From Myxococcota bacterium (lineage in GTDB: Bacteria > Myxococcota_A > Polyangia > JAAYKL01), in NCBI GenBank assembly GCA_030065855.1, contig JASJCT010000015.1, positions 16,724 through 80,723 of the forward strand: DNA of 64,000 nt, in the 5' to 3' direction. How positions within the stretch are numbered: the first letter of the stretch is position 1; each line of letters begins with the position of its first letter. The notes under the pieces were generated by a model. The model saw only the letters and a program-made list of their open reading frames with translations. It was not told the DNA's origin and did not search any database. The position numbers and the translations under genes are program-made. Shown piece by piece: positions 56,689-64,000 of this stretch.

Positions 56689-59244
56689 CTACAAACGCTT
56701 TTCTCTCGGTTTGGATCGGTAGGCCAACCTCAGCAAGGCCGGTCCGACAATGAGATCGAAGAGAAGCGCAAAAATAATGGCCAACCCGGCCAGCGCACCG
56801 AACCGCGCCAGGGGATACATGGTTGCTGCCAGAAACACCAAGAAACCCATGACCAAAATGATGCTAGTGCTGGTCATGGCGCGCCCGGTATGGGAAAAGG
56901 CGTGATCAATAGCCGCATCCACATCGCCGTAGTCCGCATAATGAACCCTGAATTGATGGAGAAAGTGGATGGTGTCATCCACGGCAATACCGATGACGAT
57001 TGAAGCAATAATCAGATTGGCCGTATCCAGGGGAATCGAGGCAAAGCCCATGATCCCCATAACTGAAACCACGGGTAGCAGGTTGGGTACCATCGAAATC
57101 AACCCCAGCTTAATGTCTCGCAGCAATAAAACCATCACAATCGTAATGGCTATAAAAGCAACCCCAAAGCTTCGGATCAGATCCGATATTAACGCGCTGA
57201 CCACCGTAGACACGCAAAACACTGAACCGGTTGTCTTAATGATGGCTCTGTCACCAATAAACTCCTCAACCCCCTTGGCAATATGTGCGGTCAATGGCTT
57301 GTAAGACCAAGCGTCCATCCAATTGACGCGGATGGTCATCAAACTCTTCACAAAGTCGACGGTTGTCAGTCTTTTCAGTTGATCTGGAGCTGCATTTTCA
57401 AAGAGGGTAAACATATCGACCACACCGCGTTCTGTATCTGGAATCCGATAAAAGGCCTGATTCGACTCGTTAACCGCTCTCCAGCTCTCGCGGATCACGT
57501 CGAGCAGACTGGTGGTCGTACCCACAATGGGTTGCGTACTCTTTGGATCCTGATAAGCGCTGATGTGGTTTTCTAGTTTTTCAAGTTGTATCAGCAGATC
57601 GCGATCCTTGAGATTTTGATCTTCTTTGGCACTGATCAGCAACGCCACATTTGCCGTCCCACCCACATGTCGATCCATCTCGTCCATGGCCTGACGAATA
57701 TCCCGATCCTCGGGAATCCAGCTCAGGGCATCATGGTGCACCACCAGGGTTGTGGCCCCAGCGGCAACAATCAAGGTAAAGCCTGCTGAGACCCAAAGCG
57801 TCATTCGCCTGCGCAGATGCTGATTCGCCCCCTGTCCCGCACTTGGACGTGACAGATAGTTACAAAAATTCAAAAATCGATTGAGCAGGTCACGGCGAGT
57901 CTCACCTGGCTTGACACCCAACAGACTCTTGTTGTTGAACGAGAGCATCACCGGGAGGAAAACCAGCGAGTGGATCAGCGTCACGGCAATACCCAGTGCA
58001 CCAAATGTCCCCATATCGATGATCGCCCCCAGGGTTGCAAAGCGAAAGCTAATCAGCCCCACTGCCGTCGTTAACGTGGTGTAAAACACCGGAACACCGG
58101 TTGTGGATATGGCGTAGATGATCGCCTGCTGATTGGGGATTCCCCGACCGCGCCCATCTCGATACACCGACTGAATATGAACCGAGCCCCCCACGCCGAC
58201 GCAGGCCAAGAATGCGGGCAAGACATTGGTCAGCATGGTCATCGGCACGCCGGATATGGCCATCGCGCCGAGGGTCCACCCCGCTGACTGCCAGACCACC
58301 AACACCGGCCCGATAATGCCGAGGGGATGACGGAAAATCAGCGCCAGCACCAAGGTCATTACCGCCAGTGCAATCAGGGTCAGGCGATAGAAATCCTGCA
58401 ACATCATCTCGTTTAGAGATGCATTGAAGGCGGGCAATCCAGCCACGGAGATGTGAAATCCGTCGTGATGGTGTTTATCTGTAATCGCCACAACCTCGCG
58501 GAAGACGCGATCCAAATCTCTCTCATCTAGAAAATCGGTTCTGACGATGACCACCGAGTGCCGCCCCTCAGCCCCTACCACCTGCCCTACTAGGACCTCG
58601 TCGTTCAACACGCGCTGCTTCAACGCGGGCAGATCCGCTTTGGTGGGCCATTCGTCCAGCAGACCGGCCACCTCGAGCCCCCCGCCCTTCCATGCTGTCC
58701 GGCGAACATTGATCAATGAGATGATCTCTTCGACAATGGTGCTGCCGCCCTCATCTCCCCAACCTTCATCCCCGTCAAATCCCTCGAAACCAGCCGGATC
58801 ATTTGCAGTAGCAGCACCAACGGCATCTGACCCGTCATCAACAGGGCTTGCACGAAACGGATCGTCCACTTGCTTGGCACTTTTGCCTCGCCGTCGTTGC
58901 CCCAGGCTGTTGAGCTGCAGATCGATCACTGCTAAATCGTCGTGAAGCGCTTTCAACCGCTCCAGATAAGACATGGAAAAGACATCGCCTTCCACGAGTA
59001 TCTGGTAAATGTTGTCCTGGCCGAAGTCATCGTACAGCTCGTCGAGAACGATGATTTCGTCAGCTTTGTCCCCCATGAAGGCCTCGGTGGAATTGTCGAT
59101 GGTCAGCTTGTCCCAGGCCTGGTACCCCATAAAGCCGGTGATGGTGAAGTTGAGCACCAGAAAAATCCAGCGAAAGCGAAGCACGCATTCCCCCCAGCGT
59201 CTGAAAAAGGGATTCTGCGGAGCAGAATACGGATCGGTTGACAC
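56689..59244 (-). CDS. MMPL/RND-superfamily exporter
   Basis: 851 aa with a GTG start and two TM bundles. The SSD-type segment is IGIAVDDTIHFLHQF. The large first periplasmic loop carries an acidic insertion. Confidence 0.8.
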   Translation of the reverse strand: MSTDPYSAPQNPFFRRWGECVLRFRWIFLVLNFTITGFMGYQAWDKLTIDNSTEAFMGDKADEIIVLDELYDDFGQDNIYQILVEGDVFSMSYLERLKALHDDLAVIDLQLNSLGQRRRGKSAKQVDDPFRASPVDDGSDAVGAATANDPAGFEGFDGDEGWGDEGGSTIVEEIISLINVRRTAWKGGGLEVAGLLDEWPTKADLPALKQRVLNDEVLVGQVVGAEGRHSVVIVRTDFLDERDLDRVFREVVAITDKHHHDGFHISVAGLPAFNASLNEMMLQDFYRLTLIALAVMTLVLALIFRHPLGIIGPVLVVWQSAGWTLGAMAISGVPMTMLTNVLPAFLACVGVGGSVHIQSVYRDGRGRGIPNQQAIIYAISTTGVPVFYTTLTTAVGLISFRFATLGAIIDMGTFGALGIAVTLIHSLVFLPVMLSFNNKSLLGVKPGETRRDLLNRFLNFCNYLSRPSAGQGANQHLRRRMTLWVSAGFTLIVAAGATTLVVHHDALSWIPEDRDIRQAMDEMDRHVGGTANVALLISAKEDQNLKDRDLLIQLEKLENHISAYQDPKSTQPIVGTTTSLLDVIRESWRAVNESNQAFYRIPDTERGVVDMFTLFENAAPDQLKRLTTVDFVKSLMTIRVNWMDAWSYKPLTAHIAKGVEEFIGDRAIIKTTGSVFCVSTVVSALISDLIRSFGVAFIAITIVMVLLLRDIKLGLISMVPNLLPVVSVMGIMGFASIPLDTANLIIASIVIGIAVDDTIHFLHQFRVHYADYGDVDAAIDHAFSHTGRAMTSTSIILVMGFLVFLAATMYPLARFGALAGLAIIFALLFDLIVGPALLRLAYRSKPREKRL

Positions 59245-59286
59245 TATGATATCACTCCTCGTCGTGCGCTACTGCATGATGTCTGA

Positions 59287-62200
59287 TCACGTGCATACAC
59301 CTGTAGATTCGCCGCTGAATTCACATGGCACACAGTGTTCACCCAAGTTACATGTCGTCCTCGTAAACAACAGTTTCTCCAGCGTGTCGAGGTAGCATCC
59401 CGGAACGCACGCGCCAGGATCACCAGCGGCAACGCCGCCTGCCGTACAAGTTGGAAATCCATTGACAGCTGGATCCAAAATGATCGAATTCGGCGCACAG
59501 AGGTGGTTTTCCTGAGTGCAACTATCCTGGACCACCTGATCGCCTAATTCGGCGGGAATAAGTTCACTGGGCACACAGGTACCGATCTGGACCCCTTCCT
59601 CTTCACAGCACTTGTCAAACACCACCGGCAGATGCTGCGGCCCCGGATCCCCAGGGAGATGACACGCGCCGGTTGCCTCACCGGTAAACGGATCGAAACA
59701 AGGGGAACAACGGCTGTTCTCCGGGCATCCAGTTTCCGGTAACAGAGCCCCTTGAGTCGCCACCCAAGGTAGGCAGTCGGGCAGGCAACGTCCTTCTAGA
59801 TCGGCAAAAGAGGTGCACGTCGTCGGAATGAAACCATCATCCTGGAAATCGTCTGGGACACAGAGCAATCCCTGGTCTGGCGAACACACATCATCGCCAA
59901 GCATGGTCTGTTGCTCTGCTGAGATGAGCGCCTTAGGCAGGCAGCGTCCCTCACTGTCACAACAGGTTTCAAACACCACTGGCGGGCGGACCGGCCCTGA
60001 ATCCCCGGGGAATTCGCAAGCACCAGTGGCAATACCGGTATAGAGATCGTAGCAGGGAGCGCACAAATGATACTCAGGACAGATATCCTGGGGCAACCAT
60101 CCTGCCTGTTCGGCAATGGCCGGGAGGCACTCTGGCAAACAGCGCCCTTCGGCATCGATGATGGAATAGCAGTGCGACGGTGCTGTCTCCTCGACGATAA
60201 AATCCGGTGCACAGAGCAGGTCCTGCCCCTGCGCACAGGTATGCTCACTGAGCTGTGCCTGCTGATCGACCGAAACCAGTGTATCTGGCACACAACGGCC
60301 CAATCCCTCACAGCAGCGGTCAAAGATCACAGCCGGTTCTGTCGGACCGGGATCACTGCCCATCTCGCAGATCTCCGTATTGTCTCCTGAAAATGGATCG
60401 TAGCACGGTGCGCAGCGCTCACCTGCTTCACAGACATCCTGTACCAAAAAGGCCTGTCCAGCAGCGGCGGGCAAGCACTTGGCTACACAGCGTCCCTCGG
60501 CAGCCAAAATTCCGTGACAAGTGGTCGGAATAAAGTCGTCCACTAGAAAATCATCGGGAACACACAAGAGACCATAGCCACTGGTGCAGACATCCAGGCC
60601 AAGATGGGGGTGTTGATCCTCGGGGATCATCGCTTGGGGCACGCAGGTACCTGCCTCATCGCAGCATGCCTCGAAGACTACCGGCTCCAGGGCAGGTCCC
60701 GGATCTCCGCCCATGCGGCATACCCCTGTGTCCTCGCCGGTAATTGGATCGTAACACGGTGCACACCGATAAAACGGCGGGCACAAATCCTGTGGCAGGT
60801 CGTCTTGCTGCGCTGCAATTTCCGGCAGGCAAATCGGTGCACACCGGCCCTCACCGCCATAGGGCAACCGACACATCTCAAGCACAAAGTCCGCTTCCAA
60901 AAACGCGTCCGGTACACAGCGCAGGGTCTCATCCCCAGTACAGGTATCAGAGCCCAGGCTCTCCAGGTCCTGTTGGGGAATGAGGTCCTTGGGGATGCAG
61001 GTGCCAAGCTCCCCGCAGCAGGCATCGAACACCACGGCAGGCTCTGTAGGTCCTGGATCATCCCCGAGCTCGCAAAGTCCGGTGGCATCTCCTGTGAATG
61101 GGTCATAGCAAGGTGCACACAGGTGGTGCGCAGGGCAAATATCTTGATAGAGGGAATCCTGTTCCTCGGCGATTTCCGGCAGACAGGTCGATATGCAGCG
61201 GCCCTCGGCCTCTAGTACGCCGTGGCAAGTGGTGGGGACAAAGCCGTCCTCCATGAAATCGTGGGGCACGCAGAGCAATCCCTGATTGGCTGTACACGCG
61301 TCGAGGCCGAGGTGGGACTGTTGATCACCTGAAATCAGCCATTCGGGCACACAACTTCCCAAACCATTGCAACAGGCCTCAAACACCACTGGTTCCAAGG
61401 TCGGACCGGGATCGCCCCCCAACTCACAAAGCCCCGTCGATATCCCGTCCGTGGGATCATAACAGGGCGCACAGCGATAGTTTGCAGGACAGATGTCCTG
61501 GGGGAGATCGTCCTGTTGGCCTGCCACATCCGGCAGGCAGATCGGGACACAGCGACCTTCTGCACCCAAGGTGGACCGGCACATATCCAGCACAAAATCT
61601 TCCTCGAAAAAATCGTCGGGAGCGCAAAGCAGCGCTTCATCCCCTTCGCAGGTATCCGGGCCGAGATGATCCAGCTCATTTTCGGATATCAAGCCTGCTG
61701 GAATGCAGCTACCCCCCCCATTGCAACAGGTATCGAACGTCACTGCCGGTTCAGTCGGGCCAGTATCCTCGCCCATCTCGCAGAGCCCGGTGAGGTCGCC
61801 GGAAAAGGGATCATAGCACGGCGCACACAGGTATTTTTCAGGGCATATATCTTGGTACAATAGATCCTTATTTTTTGCCATCTCAGGAAGGCATTCGGGT
61901 ACGCAGCGCCCCTCAGCGCCAAGGACCCCGTGACAAGTGGTCGGAATGAATCCCGTTTCTATAAAGTCGTCAGGCACGCAGAGCAGGCCCTGGTTTTCCG
62001 GACACATGTCGATACCTAGATGCTCCTGCTGATTTTGGGGAATCAATGACAGGGGCACACAGCTGCCCAAGTCGTCACAGCACGTCTCGAAAAGTACCGG
62101 CTCCATCAAAGGCCCTGGATCACCCCCCAGCTCGCACAGGCCGGTGGATTCGCCATCGAACGGATCGTAGCAAGGAGCACAGCGGTAGTAGGCCGGACAG

Positions 62201-62874
62201 ACATCCTGCGGCAGGCCGTCCATCTGATCCGCCACTTCCGGCAGACAAATGGGCACACATCGTCCCTCAGCCCTCTGCGTTGAACGACAGGAGGCGAGCA
62301 CGAAATCATCCTGTCGAAATTCTTCTGGCATGCAGAGCATCGGCCCATCACCGTCACAGGTATCCACCCCAAGGCGAGATTGATGCTCGGCTGGGACCAG
62401 CTCGGTTGGGATACACCATCCCTGTTCATGGCAACATTTGTCAAAGGTCACGGCTGGCTCAGCCGGCCCTGTGTCATTGCCCAAATCGCACAGCTCGGTC
62501 GTGTTTCCGTCAAATGGATCGTAACAAGGGGCGCAGAGGTAATGTTCCGGACACTGATCCTGAGGAAGCAGGTCCTCCTGCTCAGCAATATCGGGCAGGC
62601 AACTCGGCAGACAGCGGCCTTCGGCATCCAGCGTTGAACGACAAGACGCGGGCACATAACTATCGAACGCGACAAATTCGGTCGGAAGACACAAGTAGTC
62701 CACATCGCAGCTATCTCGATTGAGAAACGCAACGTTTTCGTCCGGTACCAAGCTGCTGGGCAAGCAACTCCCCAAATCGTGACAGCAAGACGGTAGGGGT
62801 TCGCCACGACTTGACTCCCCGCACCCGAGCAAACATCCGATAAATATTGTAAAGCAACACCGCCAAAACATCAT
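59287..62874 (-). CDS. giant lipoprotein composed of ten ~115-aa cysteine-rich repeats (12 Cys per repeat)
   Basis: Start set at MMFWRCCFTIFIGCLLGCGESS (lipobox LLGC), with GGAGG upstream. The repeat consensus is CCxxxGxCxP..L.P......LGxDxC.....LCxPDxF...xF...C......EGRCxPxCLP.......LxQDxCP..YxCAPCYDPFxGxxTGxCExGxDPGPxEPxVxF. The tenth unit is truncated. Confidence 0.8.
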   Translation of the reverse strand: MMFWRCCFTIFIGCLLGCGESSRGEPLPSCCHDLGSCLPSSLVPDENVAFLNRDSCDVDYLCLPTEFVAFDSYVPASCRSTLDAEGRCLPSCLPDIAEQEDLLPQDQCPEHYLCAPCYDPFDGNTTELCDLGNDTGPAEPAVTFDKCCHEQGWCIPTELVPAEHQSRLGVDTCDGDGPMLCMPEEFRQDDFVLASCRSTQRAEGRCVPICLPEVADQMDGLPQDVCPAYYRCAPCYDPFDGESTGLCELGGDPGPLMEPVLFETCCDDLGSCVPLSLIPQNQQEHLGIDMCPENQGLLCVPDDFIETGFIPTTCHGVLGAEGRCVPECLPEMAKNKDLLYQDICPEKYLCAPCYDPFSGDLTGLCEMGEDTGPTEPAVTFDTCCNGGGSCIPAGLISENELDHLGPDTCEGDEALLCAPDDFFEEDFVLDMCRSTLGAEGRCVPICLPDVAGQQDDLPQDICPANYRCAPCYDPTDGISTGLCELGGDPGPTLEPVVFEACCNGLGSCVPEWLISGDQQSHLGLDACTANQGLLCVPHDFMEDGFVPTTCHGVLEAEGRCISTCLPEIAEEQDSLYQDICPAHHLCAPCYDPFTGDATGLCELGDDPGPTEPAVVFDACCGELGTCIPKDLIPQQDLESLGSDTCTGDETLRCVPDAFLEADFVLEMCRLPYGGEGRCAPICLPEIAAQQDDLPQDLCPPFYRCAPCYDPITGEDTGVCRMGGDPGPALEPVVFEACCDEAGTCVPQAMIPEDQHPHLGLDVCTSGYGLLCVPDDFLVDDFIPTTCHGILAAEGRCVAKCLPAAAGQAFLVQDVCEAGERCAPCYDPFSGDNTEICEMGSDPGPTEPAVIFDRCCEGLGRCVPDTLVSVDQQAQLSEHTCAQGQDLLCAPDFIVEETAPSHCYSIIDAEGRCLPECLPAIAEQAGWLPQDICPEYHLCAPCYDLYTGIATGACEFPGDSGPVRPPVVFETCCDSEGRCLPKALISAEQQTMLGDDVCSPDQGLLCVPDDFQDDGFIPTTCTSFADLEGRCLPDCLPWVATQGALLPETGCPENSRCSPCFDPFTGEATGACHLPGDPGPQHLPVVFDKCCEEEGVQIGTCVPSELIPAELGDQVVQDSCTQENHLCAPNSIILDPAVNGFPTCTAGGVAAGDPGACVPGCYLDTLEKLLFTRTTCNLGEHCVPCEFSGESTGVCT

Positions 62875-63178
62875 AGAACGCCTCCCCGTTACCCGGCAAA
62901 AACCATCCCCGATATCTTTCATCTTGCCGAAAAAGAATAAATGGTATGGCGAAAACATAAGTAGAATAAAAACACTTTTAGAAGCTTTACCTCAATGATT
63001 TTGCTCAGCCTGCCGATGTTCGAGCAAGTCGTCTAAGATTGCATCGAGGAGCAGGTCTTTGAATAAAAAGTATGAATTACCCGCGCGGGAAAGGGTATGC
63101 AGAGTCGTCCGAGATTGTGATCCCGGACTCAGAAGCATGTGCGAAATCATAATTCGGAACTAGATTATTGAATCAGCA

Positions 63179-64000
63179 TCAGTCAAACAGGTGGCTGACC
63201 TTGATCATGAAGATCTGTTCTCGTTCTTCTTTGTCGAGATAAGAGAGGCTTTTCCGCAGTGAGGGGCTGCTTCCAGGGACATCCGCGAATCCGCCATGGG
63301 TGTATAGGACATAGAGGACGCTGCCGGGGCGGTATTCCCAGCGCAGTAGGGTTTGCATATTGAGCTGAGTGCCGCCCATGTCGGCTGCTTCGTCGGCATA
63401 ATCGATGGGAGACGTGGTATGCTTGTTTTGCAGCCAATGATAGTCAGAATAATCTGCCGCATAAGACAGAAGTTGCGCTTGCACTTGGAAAGTCAGATCG
63501 CGCCTCAGCACCAGGGTGCCGCCAAAGTTGAGATCGAACTGATCAACGGTTCGCTTGCCGATAATTGTTCTATCGGTGCCGAGGTCGTCGACTACCGTGT
63601 CAACATACGCCTTCTGCCCTTCCATGTGGGACAGTTTAGGGGTCACGCTTAGTTCTAATCGACCCAGTCGCAGTATACCCGAGACTTGTGTCTCGATACC
63701 ATATCCATAGGGTAGGCGGGTCACCAGGAAAGTCATATTCGCACCAACCTTCCAGTGCATGGGTGTGGTCAGATAAACCCACCCATCCAGATGCCTTGGA
63801 AGATACAATAGCGGACCACCCCTGGTTTCCATGTCGTCATAGTGCGCATTGCTGATATCTATGACGACGTTCGATACCCAACCACCACCGAACATCGCGG
63901 CGATTTCTCCGGTCAGCCAGTGGCCGAGGTCGACGCCATCCAGGTTGAGCGAACCACGCAACGTCAGACTTGCGATGGCAATATCGAAGGGTCCCCATCG
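63179..64000 (-). CDS. C-terminal part of a beta-rich (probable outer-membrane barrel, possibly DUF5916-like) protein; 5' end outside window
   Basis: The frame is open to the window edge. It has alternating-hydrophobic beta-strand character with frequent aromatic residues and ends in ...IFMIKVSHLFD. The family guess is weak. Confidence 0.45.
   Translation of the reverse strand, partial: RWGPFDIAIASLTLRGSLNLDGVDLGHWLTGEIAAMFGGGWVSNVVIDISNAHYDDMETRGGPLLYLPRHLDGWVYLTTPMHWKVGANMTFLVTRLPYGYGIETQVSGILRLGRLELSVTPKLSHMEGQKAYVDTVVDDLGTDRTIIGKRTVDQFDLNFGGTLVLRRDLTFQVQAQLLSYAADYSDYHWLQNKHTTSPIDYADEAADMGGTQLNMQTLLRWEYRPGSVLYVLYTHGGFADVPGSSPSLRKSLSYLDKEEREQIFMIKVSHLFD

Overview
Densely coded chromosomal window, moderately GC-rich by eye. 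The gene content suggests a Myxococcota/Bradymonadia-like delta-proteobacterial-grade bacterium: DUF4388 response regulator, FHA-GGDEF, tandem PilZ protein, AgmX/PglI-type tail and Asp/Ser-repeat lipoproteins. This taxonomic call is an inference. I recognised no rRNA, tRNA or CRISPR array. Housekeeping and envelope genes include psd, alr, tolB plus a TolA-like gene, queG, icd, rpsU, comEC, birA, a single-chain pyruvate carboxylase, a mannose-1-P guanylyltransferase, a DnaQ-like exonuclease, two MMPL/RND exporters and two DsbA-like oxidoreductases. Accessory features follow. (1) The top candidate for an undescribed system is a tightly coupled three-gene operon at 51.7-54.3 kb. It encodes an 87-aa peptide ending in GYQGKLWEKACC, a radical-SAM/SPASM maturase, and a lipid-A-type (LpxL/HtrB-like) acyltransferase lacking the HX4D catalytic dyad. 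I cannot place it in any RiPP class I know. (2) Convergent with it at 54.3-62.9 kb is a four-gene minus-strand operon. It starts with a ~1200-aa lipoprotein made of ten ~115-aa repeats with 12 Cys each, followed by an MMPL exporter, a LolA-like protein and a DUF1302-type barrel. (3) An opine-oxidase/proline-dehydrogenase-type alpha-beta flavoenzyme whose alpha subunit carries an N-terminal 2Fe-2S, poly-ferredoxin and MvhD-like module. (4) A REP-associated tyrosine transposase (RAYT) flanked by inverted arrays of REP-like repeats. (5) A TacA/TacT-like toxin-antitoxin pair. (6) Several repeat proteins: a 10 x 28-aa YD-like protein and a divergent M28 peptidase pair with acidic D-S/D-T tracts. 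(7) A tandem triplication of the birA 3' end upstream of the carboxylase gene. All functional calls come from motif reading of the supplied translations; no database search was possible.
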